IMG/VR virus record: IMGVR_UViG_3300009593_000010
Span: 65,559-129,558 of that record
From: a virus
Strand: one strand, 5' to 3'
Length of the DNA stretch: 64,000 nt
Positions within the stretch are counted from its first letter, which is position 1. Every line of letters starts with the position of its first letter. Shown in pieces: positions 10,147 through 20,266 of the stretch. Made by a program: the position numbers and the translations under genes. Below the pieces are notes generated by a model. It did no database searches, was not told the origin of the DNA, and saw only the letters and a program-made list of their open reading frames with translations.

Positions 10147-10593
10147 ATGAACTTAGAACAAATTCAAGAGGAATGGAAGAAAGACTCTGTTATCGAGAAG
10201 ATAGATATGGATGTTTCTTCAATGGAGACTCCAAGACTCCATGCAAAATACCTAGAAGAACTCTCTTCTAAAAGACTTACCTATAAAAAATATGAAGTAG
10301 AATACAACAAACTACTTAAAAATAAGTGGTTATGGTTTACTGGCAAGATGGATTACGATCAAGTGGAGAGTCTAGGGTGGAACCAAGACCCATTTGATGG
10401 TTTAACTGTTCTTAAATCAGACTACCAATACTACTTTAATGCAGATGAAGACCTTACTAAACTCAAATTAAAGATGGAATATCTTGATGAGTGTATTAGT
10501 GTTTTAAAAGACATCCTAAATATTATTACTTGGAGACATCAATCAATCAAAAATGCAATAGATTGGTTGAAATTCACTAACCCAGCAGGTTAA
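10147..10593 (+). CDS. uvsY: recombination mediator UvsY
   Basis: MNLEQIQEEWKKDSVI, LHAKYL, WRHQSIKNAIDWLKF. Confidence 0.92.
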   Translation: MNLEQIQEEWKKDSVIEKIDMDVSSMETPRLHAKYLEELSSKRLTYKKYEVEYNKLLKNKWLWFTGKMDYDQVESLGWNQDPFDGLTVLKSDYQYYFNADEDLTKLKLKMEYLDECISVLKDILNIITWRHQSIKNAIDWLKFTNPAG

Positions 10594-10599
10594 TATATT

Positions 10600-11259
10600 A
10601 TGCCATCTTTTCTGAAACAACCTTTAGTAACAATACCAGATGCACTCTCACCAGAAGTTTGTGAAGAGTTAATTCATATTGGAAAGAATACACAACTGAG
10701 TCATGGTGCAATTGGGGCTGCAGATACACCAACATTTGAACAGAATTCTAGGAAGAGTGTAATTTCTTGGATACCAGATAATTGTGCATTACAAAATGGG
10801 ATGGAAATTCAAAAGGATATAATGTGGCCATTAGCAAATCAAGTCAATGATGACTACTTTGGTTTTGATTTGACATGGCACGAAGCAAATCAATTTACAA
10901 CCTATACTGCACCAGATGAACATTATGATTGGCATTGTGATGGACATTTTGAGTTGTATGGGGAGAACGAAACCCCAACTCCACATCCAGATGCTAAAGG
11001 GTTGTATCGAAAACTGTCATACAGTGTCATACTTTCCCATCCAGACGATTCAGAGGGTGGAGACTTTTCATGGATAGATTTTACTTCACTTAATCCTCAA
11101 ATGGATTGGGGTTTGATAGAGAATACAGTCCCAGCAAGTGCAAGAAATCAAGGAACAGTAATTTTCTTCCCTTCCTTTATGTATCATAAAGTGGGTAGAG
11201 TAAGCAGAGGAACACGACATTCGTTAGTAGGATGGATATCAGGCCCACGATTCAAATAA
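10600..11259 (+). CDS. 2OG-Fe(II) oxygenase (PKHD/prolyl-hydroxylase-like)
   Basis: HYDWHCD, RKLSYS, GGDF, FFPSFMYHKV, RHSLVGW. Confidence 0.9.
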   Translation: MPSFLKQPLVTIPDALSPEVCEELIHIGKNTQLSHGAIGAADTPTFEQNSRKSVISWIPDNCALQNGMEIQKDIMWPLANQVNDDYFGFDLTWHEANQFTTYTAPDEHYDWHCDGHFELYGENETPTPHPDAKGLYRKLSYSVILSHPDDSEGGDFSWIDFTSLNPQMDWGLIENTVPASARNQGTVIFFPSFMYHKVGRVSRGTRHSLVGWISGPRFK

Positions 11260-12665
11260 CCAAATTAGATAATACTTACTTGATGGTAAAGTCAGAAGAC
11301 GGAATCAATCGAGAATTGTCAGACTATTTCACTTTCCCAGTTCCTGGCGCAAAGTTCATGCCTTCTGTTAGAAACAGATATTGGGATGGAAACATTAGAT
11401 TATATTCATTAAGTGATGGTAAAATATACTCTGGATTGTTATATGCAGTTCAACAGTTTGCTAAGGATAGGGGATATCAATGTGAAGGATACCAGTGGGA
11501 AACAGAAGTTGAAGAGTCGAATCATATCGAAAACTTGGGATTACCTTTTGAAGTTAGGGATTACCAAAGAGAAGCTATTTCTGTTGGGATTAAGAATAAA
11601 CGATCCTTATTGGTATCACCTACTGCCAGTGGTAAGTCCCTTATTATATATGCTCTTGCACGACATTTTTTAAAGACTAATAAGAAAAGAGTATTAGTTA
11701 TTGTACCAACAACATCATTAGTAGAACAGATGGCAACAGATTTTGAGGATTATGGGTACACAAAACCCATTGATAAGATGTATGGTGGTAATAAAATTGG
11801 TGATACTGAGATAGTAGTTACTACATGGCAAACATTATCTAAGATGCCAAAATCATTTTACACTCATTTTGGTGCAGTCTTTGGAGATGAAGCACATCTC
11901 TTTAAGGCAAAAGTCCTATCTGGTATAATGAATAAGATGACACATATAGGTCATAGGATAGGAACTACTGGTACTTTGGATGATACTCAATGCAATAAAT
12001 TAGTATTAGAAGGTTTATTCGGCCCTACTCATTATGTCACAACTTCTGCTGATCTTATGGATGAGGGTGTTCTTGCAGAGTTAAATATACAATGTTTAGT
12101 CCTAAAGTACCCTAAAGAGGTATCTAAAATAGTATCCCAGATGGATTATCCCAGAGAAATGGAGTTTTTAGTCGATAATAAACGAAGGAATCGTTTTATT
12201 CGTAATTTAGTGCAAGATAGGGGTGGTAATACCCTTATTCTCTTCCAGTATGTAGAAAAACATGGAAAACAGTTATATGATGAGTTCCTACAACTAGGTG
12301 GTAACTTATTCTTCATATATGGTAAGACAGACACACTTGCACGAGAAGAGGCCAGAAAGATTATGGAGAAGTCTGAAAGTGCAACAATAATTGCATCTTA
12401 TGGAACTTTTTCTACTGGTATAAATATTGAGAACCTAGATAACATTGTCTTTGCATCACCATCTAAATCTAAGATTAGAATTTTACAATCCATCGGAAGA
12501 GTTTTAAGGAGAGGGAAGACTGCAAAGGCAACAGTATACGATATTGCAGATGATCTTTCTTTTGGCAGAAAGCACAATTATACCCTAAAACACTTTAAAG
12601 AAAGAATAAATACCTATAGTAAAGAGAAGTTTTCTTACACAATACACGACATAGAGTTTAAATGA
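11232..12665 (+). CDS. uvsW: DNA helicase UvsW
   Basis: WDGNIRLY, SPTASGKS, DEAH, QSIGRVLR. Confidence 0.96.
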   Translation: MDIRPTIQITKLDNTYLMVKSEDGINRELSDYFTFPVPGAKFMPSVRNRYWDGNIRLYSLSDGKIYSGLLYAVQQFAKDRGYQCEGYQWETEVEESNHIENLGLPFEVRDYQREAISVGIKNKRSLLVSPTASGKSLIIYALARHFLKTNKKRVLVIVPTTSLVEQMATDFEDYGYTKPIDKMYGGNKIGDTEIVVTTWQTLSKMPKSFYTHFGAVFGDEAHLFKAKVLSGIMNKMTHIGHRIGTTGTLDDTQCNKLVLEGLFGPTHYVTTSADLMDEGVLAELNIQCLVLKYPKEVSKIVSQMDYPREMEFLVDNKRRNRFIRNLVQDRGGNTLILFQYVEKHGKQLYDEFLQLGGNLFFIYGKTDTLAREEARKIMEKSESATIIASYGTFSTGINIENLDNIVFASPSKSKIRILQSIGRVLRRGKTAKATVYDIADDLSFGRKHNYTLKHFKERINTYSKEKFSYTIHDIEFK

Positions 12666-13135
12666 ATTACAAATACATAAGACTATCTACAGGTGAAAAT
12701 GTCATCTGTATTATAGAAAAGGTTGCACAAGGACAAGTCAATCTTGTAATGCCTATGATTGCAGACTTAGTTCCTTCTTTATTAGGTACAGGAACAGTAA
12801 TGAAACTCTCACCATTGATCCCCTATACAAAAGAATCAAGGATCACAGTAAACACATCAGATATAGTATACTCCTCAGAGATAACAGACCAGTTTGTTGA
12901 TTTCTATGATAAAGGGGTGAATGACTGGTTAAAGATTAGAGATGAATTGGGAATCGAAATCCGATCTCCTAAAGATGAATTGAGAGAAGCTAGAGGAATG
13001 AAAGAAATGTTACGAGAACATGCGTCTCGTTTCATTGAAAATGAATTAGGTGATGAACATAGGGACATGACCGATGAGGAACTAGAGATGGAGTTTAATG
13101 ATCTAATAGATTCAAAAGAGAAGATACTGCACTAA
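12662..13135 (+). CDS. hypothetical protein, Sm-like fold suspected
   Basis: YIRLSTGENVICII N-terminus similar to 47586; position between uvsW and gp55. Confidence 0.6.
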   Translation: MNYKYIRLSTGENVICIIEKVAQGQVNLVMPMIADLVPSLLGTGTVMKLSPLIPYTKESRITVNTSDIVYSSEITDQFVDFYDKGVNDWLKIRDELGIEIRSPKDELREARGMKEMLREHASRFIENELGDEHRDMTDEELEMEFNDLIDSKEKILH

Positions 13136-13171
13136 TTGCTATATCTATCCCTTTTCTAAAAGGACATTAAT

Positions 13172-13200
13172 ATTATATCATCAGACCTCAAGGCTGTCAA
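13172..13200 (-). promoter_or_regulatory. antisense sigma70 promoter
   Basis: Minus strand reads TTGACA-17 bp-TATAAT (plus strand attata 13172-77, tgtcaa 13195-200). Confidence 0.6.
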
Positions 13201-13233
13201 GTCTTTTTTTACTTAAATGTGAAAATACTTTAC

Positions 13234-13261
13234 TTGACAAATATCAATATTATGAGATAAT
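13234..13261 (+). promoter_or_regulatory. sigma70-type promoter, 16-bp spacer class (gp55)
   Basis: TTGACA-N16-GATAAT; ATG 6 nt downstream. Confidence 0.65.
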
Positions 13262-13267
13262 AAGCTT

Positions 13268-13819
13268 ATGACTGAGAAAAAGAAACCAGAACATTATGTA
13301 AACAATAAAGAGTTTACTGCAGCCATTACTGCACATAACATTGCAGTGAAAGAAGCAGTTAAAGCTGGAAAAGAACCACCTCGTGTAACTGAATATATTG
13401 GGGAGTGTATCTATAAGATTGCAACTAGGTTATCAACCAAACCAAACTTCATTAACTATTCCTATAGGGATGAAATGATTTGTGATGGTATTGAGAACTG
13501 TTTGCAGTATATAAACAACTTTAATCCAGAAAAATCTAGTAATGCTTTTGCATATATTACTCAGATCATATATTATGCATTTCTTCGTAGGATACAGAAA
13601 GAAAAGAAACAATCTGCAATCAAGCAGAAAGCAATTATGCAAGCAGGTGTATTATTCGATGCCGTAGGTACTATGGACGGAGATGATAGACAATACACTA
13701 ATTCATATGTAGACTTTCTTCAAGAGAACATGAACGAAGTGAACTATAAACCAAGAGGCAAAAAACCAAAAGAGAAATCTAGTAAAGGCGTAGAGAACTT
13801 TTATCAGTCCACCAAATAA
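13268..13819 (+). CDS. gp55: late sigma factor
   Basis: HYVNNKEF, YSYRDEMICDGIENC, NAFAYITQIIYYAFLRRIQKEKKQ. Confidence 0.97.
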   Translation: MTEKKKPEHYVNNKEFTAAITAHNIAVKEAVKAGKEPPRVTEYIGECIYKIATRLSTKPNFINYSYRDEMICDGIENCLQYINNFNPEKSSNAFAYITQIIYYAFLRRIQKEKKQSAIKQKAIMQAGVLFDAVGTMDGDDRQYTNSYVDFLQENMNEVNYKPRGKKPKEKSSKGVENFYQSTK

Positions 13820-14883
13820 TGAAGTTTGCAATTTTAAACGACACACATTGTGGTGTTCGTAATGACAATGTACAATTCCACGAATATCAAAGAAAATTCT
13901 ATGAGGATATATTCTTTCCTTATCTTTTAGAGAATGATATTAAGCATATCGTTCATCTGGGAGATTACTTTGATAAACGAACTGGAATTAATTTCCTATC
14001 ACTCCAAAAAAACAAAGAACACTTTATAGATCATCTAGTGAAGTATGATATATCTATGGACTTGATTCTCGGTAATCATGATCTATATTATAAGAATACA
14101 TCAGAGGTTAATAGTCCACAGTCCCTATTAGAAGGTAAAGCAAAAATAGAAATCTATGGTGATATTATTACTAAGGATTATGATGGACTACTTATAACAT
14201 TAGTGCCTTGGATTCATAGAAACAACATTGAAGAGACTGTAGAACACATTGAATTGACTAAAGGTCAAGTTGCAATGGGACACTTAGAAATTGAAGGTGC
14301 AATGATGATGCCAGGCTATTATAGTAGTCATGGTATGAACTTAGATACTTTCAAAAGGTTTGAACAAGTCTATAGTGGACACTTCCACACCAAATCAGAG
14401 ATGGGTAATTTAAGATACTTGGGTGCTCAAATGCAGTTCACATGGAACGACTTTGGTGATATTAAATCCTTCCACATCTATAATACAGACGATAGATCAA
14501 TTTTTCCAGTAGTAAACCCTATTACAATGTTTGAAAAGGTATTCTATGATGACAGTAAATGGGCATTAGAAGATATACAGGGAATGGAGTTCTCAGATTT
14601 AACAGATAAGTTTGTTAAGGTCATTGTACAAAGTAAAGACCAACCTTATTGGTTTGATATGTACATCGATAAAATAACAAAAGCAAATCCTATTGATTTA
14701 AAAATTGTGGAAGATCATGGGAATATAGATTTACTAAACGATGATGAAGCACTTGCAGATGCAGAAGACACATTAACAATTTTAACAAAACATATAGATC
14801 AAATGGAGATCAGTGGGGACAAAACAAAACTTGATACATTAATGAGGTCGTTATATACGGAAGCATTAGATACGAGTTTTTAG
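13819..14883 (+). CDS. gp47: recombination endonuclease subunit (Mre11-like)
   Basis: DTHCG, HLGDYFD, GNHD, GHLE, SGHFH metallophosphoesterase motifs. Confidence 0.96.
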   Translation: MKFAILNDTHCGVRNDNVQFHEYQRKFYEDIFFPYLLENDIKHIVHLGDYFDKRTGINFLSLQKNKEHFIDHLVKYDISMDLILGNHDLYYKNTSEVNSPQSLLEGKAKIEIYGDIITKDYDGLLITLVPWIHRNNIEETVEHIELTKGQVAMGHLEIEGAMMMPGYYSSHGMNLDTFKRFEQVYSGHFHTKSEMGNLRYLGAQMQFTWNDFGDIKSFHIYNTDDRSIFPVVNPITMFEKVFYDDSKWALEDIQGMEFSDLTDKFVKVIVQSKDQPYWFDMYIDKITKANPIDLKIVEDHGNIDLLNDDEALADAEDTLTILTKHIDQMEISGDKTKLDTLMRSLYTEALDTSF

Positions 14884-15119
14884 TGAAAAAAGAAATGACA
14901 AGTAATGAACACGGCATAGTTTATTCTGGTACATGGGAACAGGAAGGTCATACAGTATCTTTCATGTTAACAGAACAGGGTGATTGTAAAATAACAGAAG
15001 CTCACACATCTAGTAGATGGTCAAACAGAGGATATTCTTTGTCAAGAACAGTTAGTATTGATGATGCAATAGAGGAACAAGAACAATTGATAAAATTTGG
15101 TTATGATAAAGTTTCATAG
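14883..15119 (+). CDS. hypothetical protein
   Basis: GTG start coupled to gp47 stop; fills gap to gp46. Confidence 0.55.
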   Translation: MKKEMTSNEHGIVYSGTWEQEGHTVSFMLTEQGDCKITEAHTSSRWSNRGYSLSRTVSIDDAIEEQEQLIKFGYDKVS

Positions 15120-16815
15120 TGTAAGATATAAAAATTTTCTATCAACAGGTTCCCAATTTACAGAAGTCTATCTCGATAAGAGAAAGAGTTGTCTTGTAGT
15201 TGGAGAAAATGGTAGTGGTAAATCAACAATGTTGGATGCATTGTGTTTTGGTTTATTTGGTAAGGGATTTAGGAAAGTACCCAAAACTGCATTAATCAAT
15301 TCTGTTAATGGCAGAATGATGGTGGTTGAAGTAGAGTTTGGTATTGGTTCTAAACAGTATAAGATAGTCAGAGGTGCAAAACCTAATATCTTTGAAGTCT
15401 ATATGAATGATAGACTAATCAATCAAGATGCAAACATGAGAGATTACCAAGAGTATCTCGAAAAACAAATCCTAAAGATGAACTATAAGGCATTTACTCA
15501 AGTGGTTATACTTGGGTCTTCAACCTTTGTTCCTTTCATGCAAATGAATACAATAGATCGTAGGGGTATAATAGAAGATATTCTGGATATAAACATATTC
15601 TCTATCATGAATGACATCCTTAAACAAAGACAATCTGCTCTCAAAGTAGAACTTAAAGACTTAGATACAGAAATAAGAATCTCAGAAGATAGGATTGATA
15701 CTTATAAAAAACATATTAGTGCATTAGGGGATAGTAGACGAAACAAGATAAGAGATTTCAGACAATCTATTGAAAAATCAGAGAAAAATATCACCAAACT
15801 ACAAGAAGAATGTACTATTTTCATAGAAAAAGTAGAGGAACGACAGCTGGTGTCGTCTGATTTTGAGGAAATACAACATAAACTACAACATACTTTAGAC
15901 ATGGAGAAGAGATTATCGGATGCAAAACAACGAGGTAGGAAGGAAATTACCTTCTATGAAACCACAGATGAATGTCCCACCTGTCACCATGATCTGGAAG
16001 ACGAGTTCAAAAAATCCAAAATCCAGAAAGTCAGTGGAACAATATCTGATATTGAACAAGCACTACAAGAAATCGACCAAAACATTAAAGACATCAATAC
16101 CCAACTTGAAGATATCAAGTCTATACAAGAGGAAATTAATGGTATCAACAGAGACATATCTAAGAACCAGAATGAAATTTCAGCATCTCAACAATACATT
16201 ACTAAGATCACTACAGAAATTACCAAATTGGAAGAAGAGAAGAGTTCAGATGATACTACAAAGTTAGATGCAGAGAAGAAGGTATTAAAGAAACATGGTG
16301 AAGATAGAGAAGTTCATATAGATAGACGACATTACTTTGATCTTGCATCTTTCTTATTGAAGGATAGTGGTATTAAGACTAAGATTGTAAAACAGTATCT
16401 ACCAATCATGAATAAATTGATTAATAAGTATCTTGCATCTATGGAGTTTTTTATCCAGTTTGAATTGGACGAGAACTTTAATGAGACTATAAAGTCAAGA
16501 TATAGAGACGAGTTTAAATACGCAAACTTCTCAGAGGGTGAGAAAATGAGAATTGACCTTGCATTACTATTCACATGGAGAAGTGTTGCAAGAATGAAGA
16601 ATAGTGTTAATACTAACCTATTAATGCTGGATGAAGTGTTTGATAGTTCCCTCGATGAAGGTGGAACAGATGAATTTATGAAGATATTAACCACACTAGG
16701 ACAAGACACTAATGTGTTTATTATATCACATAAGGGTGATGTTTTGAACGAGAAGTTCAGACATGTAATGAAATTTGAGAAGGTAAAAAACTTTAGTAGG
16801 ATAGCAGAGACATGA
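15103..16815 (+). CDS. gp46: recombination ATPase subunit (Rad50-like)
   Basis: GENGSGKST, CPTC zinc hook, FSEGEKMRIDL, LDEVFDSSLD. Confidence 0.97.
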   Translation: MIKFHSVRYKNFLSTGSQFTEVYLDKRKSCLVVGENGSGKSTMLDALCFGLFGKGFRKVPKTALINSVNGRMMVVEVEFGIGSKQYKIVRGAKPNIFEVYMNDRLINQDANMRDYQEYLEKQILKMNYKAFTQVVILGSSTFVPFMQMNTIDRRGIIEDILDINIFSIMNDILKQRQSALKVELKDLDTEIRISEDRIDTYKKHISALGDSRRNKIRDFRQSIEKSEKNITKLQEECTIFIEKVEERQLVSSDFEEIQHKLQHTLDMEKRLSDAKQRGRKEITFYETTDECPTCHHDLEDEFKKSKIQKVSGTISDIEQALQEIDQNIKDINTQLEDIKSIQEEINGINRDISKNQNEISASQQYITKITTEITKLEEEKSSDDTTKLDAEKKVLKKHGEDREVHIDRRHYFDLASFLLKDSGIKTKIVKQYLPIMNKLINKYLASMEFFIQFELDENFNETIKSRYRDEFKYANFSEGEKMRIDLALLFTWRSVARMKNSVNTNLLMLDEVFDSSLDEGGTDEFMKILTTLGQDTNVFIISHKGDVLNEKFRHVMKFEKVKNFSRIAET

Positions 16816-17768
16816 TAGGTACTAAACATATAATGAGAGCTGATACAGAAAGAGAAAAGGAATTAGCAACGAGGGTAGATGTTGCACCAGAGACACAGGG
16901 AAGAGTAATATTACAATCACATTGTAGAACTGGACTGTATAAAGGGTGGCAAATGATAATGCATGGGTTAATAGAGAAAGACCCATACTCTGAATATTGG
17001 GATAAGTATAGGACAGATGCATTTAGACATATTCAAAATGCAATGGATGGATATCCATCTAGTTCTCAATACTTTGATCATATAAAAAACCCAGTAGAAC
17101 CATTAATAGGAATGGCACTTTCTACCTATGGTGGTGAAAATCCTTTTGGAACTAACTTTAAAGATATTGCAAAAGAGATTAAGACTCTAAAACACCAACC
17201 ACCTTTTGGAGTATTTGGTGCATTCAATGAATGGACTCTTCTGGACAGAGAAGAAATGAGAGATATTGGATATAAGTTTGTCAATCTACATCGTGCAAAC
17301 ATGAAAGATTGGTTCATATCTGGTCAACTTTCAATGGCAATTGGTATAAAAGGATGGCATGCATGGGATGATGAAGGGTCAGATTGGTTATTTAATAAGA
17401 GAAAATCACTATATGGTAAGTTAATAATTAACAAAGTTGCACTGCAAACCTTCTTTTATACAGTAGATAAGTATATGGATACCCTACCTTGTGATGCATA
17501 TGTGTGTTACGAGTCCTTACAGGGTGCTCCACAGGTGTTTATGGAAGAATGCAACTTTAGTGGTAATATACCATTATTAGGGGAAATTGATTCCGAAACC
17601 AGACAAATTAGCCACCCAAACAAGAAAACATATAATATCAAAGAGGGTGAGTATGGATCAGAGTATGTTGGATACCTTGCAATGAGTGAAGATGAATTTA
17701 ATGGACTATGGGATGAAACAAAACCTCATAATTATCACGATAAATATGGTATAAGTGGAATAGACTAA
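16812..17768 (+). CDS. hypothetical protein, possibly sulfotransferase-like (Stf0-type)
   Basis: HCRTG after a hydrophobic strand, VNLHRAN...IS and YESL resemble PAPS-binding motifs; divergent. Confidence 0.4.
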   Translation: MIGTKHIMRADTEREKELATRVDVAPETQGRVILQSHCRTGLYKGWQMIMHGLIEKDPYSEYWDKYRTDAFRHIQNAMDGYPSSSQYFDHIKNPVEPLIGMALSTYGGENPFGTNFKDIAKEIKTLKHQPPFGVFGAFNEWTLLDREEMRDIGYKFVNLHRANMKDWFISGQLSMAIGIKGWHAWDDEGSDWLFNKRKSLYGKLIINKVALQTFFYTVDKYMDTLPCDAYVCYESLQGAPQVFMEECNFSGNIPLLGEIDSETRQISHPNKKTYNIKEGEYGSEYVGYLAMSEDEFNGLWDETKPHNYHDKYGISGID

Positions 17769-18388
17769 TGGAACCGAAAAGAATTGATTTTATAGATGAA
17801 GATGGTGTTCTCTTATATGAGAATGTAGCATCTAAAGATCAATTAGAGAATTGGTATAATAGAATTAAGAGTTATGCTCAATTTAGACAAATGGGAACTG
17901 CATCCAAAGGTGATTTGAAACAAGCATGGGCATGGATGGCAAACTTTAACTCCGAAAAGATTATTGAGGAGATTAATAGTGACCCAACAATAAAATCTAA
18001 GGTTTCAGATGTGGATAAACAACTACCTCAAGGATTTTTAGTTTTGGAAGAAATATGGACAGTTATTTCTCTAAAGATTGATCATAAATTAGAAGTACAA
18101 CAACAGTATATCAATGCATTTAATCATGGAGATAATACTTGGGGACATACAGACTGGTATGACTATACAGTTATCTTTTATCCAAACCCAGAGTGGGATT
18201 CTCAAGTTATGGGTGGTGAAACATTATTCTTTAATGATGACTATGATTATATAAGATGTGCAGTTGCATGTAAGCCTGGAAATGTTGTAATCTTCAAAGG
18301 AGATATACCACATAAGGCTGGATTGGTTTCGAGGGAAACAAACCTTGCAAGACTATCAGTTGTATATCAATGTAAAGGTGAAATATGA
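17768..18388 (+). CDS. 2OG-Fe(II) oxygenase
   Basis: HTD, GGETLF, FKGDIPHKA, RLSVVY. Confidence 0.85.
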   Translation: MEPKRIDFIDEDGVLLYENVASKDQLENWYNRIKSYAQFRQMGTASKGDLKQAWAWMANFNSEKIIEEINSDPTIKSKVSDVDKQLPQGFLVLEEIWTVISLKIDHKLEVQQQYINAFNHGDNTWGHTDWYDYTVIFYPNPEWDSQVMGGETLFFNDDYDYIRCAVACKPGNVVIFKGDIPHKAGLVSRETNLARLSVVYQCKGEI

Positions 18389-19002
18389 AATTAATTGCAA
18401 AAGATGATACTACATTAAGAAGTGTAGCAAAGGTGTGGGACTTTGATAACCCACCAGAGAATTTATTAACTCTAAGGGACAAGTTAATTAATACCATGAC
18501 AGAAGAAGGTGGTATAGGATTGGCTGCACCACAATGTGGTGTCCCCTATCGAGTATTTGTAATGAGAGGTGAATCAGAAGAAGAATGTATGTTAATGGTC
18601 AATCCAGAAATTGTAGACCATTCAATTGAGACGAGTGGAATGGAAGAAGGTTGCCTAACAGGTGGACTAGAAGGTATCTTTGCCATTCTCACTCGACCCT
18701 CATCAATTCGTGCAAGGTGGCAAAATGAGAATGGTGATGTGCAAGAGTTGTCTTTTGGTGGATACTCTGCAAGATGTTTTCAACACGAATTAGATCATCT
18801 TAATGGTATACTCTTCGTTGATCACTGTAGTCATATAAAATTAGAGAGAGCAATTAAGAAAAAAGATAAGAGAAAAAAGAAATATGAACGATTTGTTAAG
18901 CAACTCCGACAGTTCTCAGCCGAAAATCTTGTACCTCAAGAATCTGTTGAGTCCGAAGGAGTGCAAACTTCTGATTCAGTACCACAAAGCAAATCAGAAT
19001 AA
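18385..19002 (+). CDS. def: peptide deformylase
   Basis: All three PDF motifs: GIGLAAPQ, EGCL, QHELDHLNG. Confidence 0.95.
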   Translation: MKLIAKDDTTLRSVAKVWDFDNPPENLLTLRDKLINTMTEEGGIGLAAPQCGVPYRVFVMRGESEEECMLMVNPEIVDHSIETSGMEEGCLTGGLEGIFAILTRPSSIRARWQNENGDVQELSFGGYSARCFQHELDHLNGILFVDHCSHIKLERAIKKKDKRKKKYERFVKQLRQFSAENLVPQESVESEGVQTSDSVPQSKSE

Positions 19003-19579
19003 AGTTACTTTTAATGATCCCGCGGGGCAATATAATGGTAGAAGGATACCTTTAGAAAGTATAAATAACTTAACAGTTAAAAGAATTATTGCCAAATATC
19101 AATATGATGTTTGTGCTGAAGTTTGGTCTGAAAGGAAAGAAAGAATCTATCCAGAACAGACTGAAATAATGCGATGGCCGATAGGTGTACCACAGGATAT
19201 GCATATCGATGTCATGGCTCGAGACGATGGCAAGTGTACGATCCCTTTTACGGATTTTGCATCCATCCTGTATCTCAACGATGACTTTGAGGGTGGTGAG
19301 ACCTACTTTGAAGGTGGTGAAGAAATTAAACCACAAGAGGGTATGGTTGCAGTCTTTGAAGGTATGAAGTATTGGCATGGAGTCAATGCAGCTACTGGAA
19401 AGGATAGATACACTGTTCCCATATGGTATACCACTGAGTGGAGAAATATGGAACTTCAAGATCATGGTGGCAAAGATAGACCTAGTGATTTATTTCGTGG
19501 GGTTATTGATGCTGGAGATGATGATACAGTAAGGTCTTGGTGGAAAGAAACCTATTTTCCACATGAAATTAAGGAATAG
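18884..19579 (+). CDS. 2OG-Fe(II) oxygenase (prolyl 4-hydroxylase-like)
   Basis: HID, ILYLNDDFEGGETYF, HGV, RYTVPIW. Confidence 0.88.
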   Translation: MNDLLSNSDSSQPKILYLKNLLSPKECKLLIQYHKANQNKVTFNDPAGQYNGRRIPLESINNLTVKRIIAKYQYDVCAEVWSERKERIYPEQTEIMRWPIGVPQDMHIDVMARDDGKCTIPFTDFASILYLNDDFEGGETYFEGGEEIKPQEGMVAVFEGMKYWHGVNAATGKDRYTVPIWYTTEWRNMELQDHGGKDRPSDLFRGVIDAGDDDTVRSWWKETYFPHEIKE

Positions 19580-19601
19580 GTTATTTAAAAGGAAGCAAAA
19601 T

Positions 19602-20213
19602 ATGAAAAAATTAGCAATATTAATTATGGGTCTTATGACTATGCCATTTATGGTACAAGCTGATGTAGATGGTCATGTGGGTTATACCTCAGACTATTTC
19701 TTTAGAGGTGTATCTCAAACGGCTGGACATGGGGCAGTTCAAGCAGGTTTAGAACTAGATAAAAATGGTTTCTATGTTGGTGCTTGGGGAAGTCAAGTTG
19801 ACTTCGGTGACGATTCATCATATGAGTACGACCTTTATGGTGGTTACAGTCTGTCAATATCAGACAATGCAGCCATAGATGTTGGAGTAATACAGTATCG
19901 ATACGATGGAGAAGGATACGACATGATAGAGGAAGTCTATGCAGTTGCATCTTACAGTGATCTTACAGTTGGATACTACAAGGATACAGATACAAAGGGT
20001 TCATTTATGAATGCAAAGTATGATATATCCAGATTCGTACCAGTTGTAGATGTTAGTCTTGAGTATGGAAACTTCGAAGGCGGGGACGACTATAAAGCAC
20101 TTAACATATCAAAAGATTTTGGTAAGTGGACTATAGGTTCTCAAATTTTGAGTGGTGCAATAGATGATCAGTTCTCTGATTCTGTTGCCGTATATTTCAA
20201 CTATAATATATAG
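19602..20213 (+). CDS. TorF/TIGR02001-like outer-membrane beta-barrel protein
   Basis: Signal peptide ending VQA; SDYFFRGVSQT...AVQAG, GFYVGAWGSQVDF, EYDLYGGY; aromatic C-terminal strand YFNYNI. Confidence 0.8.
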   Translation: MKKLAILIMGLMTMPFMVQADVDGHVGYTSDYFFRGVSQTAGHGAVQAGLELDKNGFYVGAWGSQVDFGDDSSYEYDLYGGYSLSISDNAAIDVGVIQYRYDGEGYDMIEEVYAVASYSDLTVGYYKDTDTKGSFMNAKYDISRFVPVVDVSLEYGNFEGGDDYKALNISKDFGKWTIGSQILSGAIDDQFSDSVAVYFNYNI

Positions 20214-20222
20214 AACATGCAT

Positions 20223-20248
20223 GGGACATCACCAAGTGATGGTGTCCC
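20223..20248 (+). other. GC-rich hairpin after porin gene
   Basis: GGGACATCA / TGGTGTCCC 9-bp stem; no U tail. Confidence 0.5.
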
Positions 20249-20266
20249 AACTTGAGTGGAGTAGAA

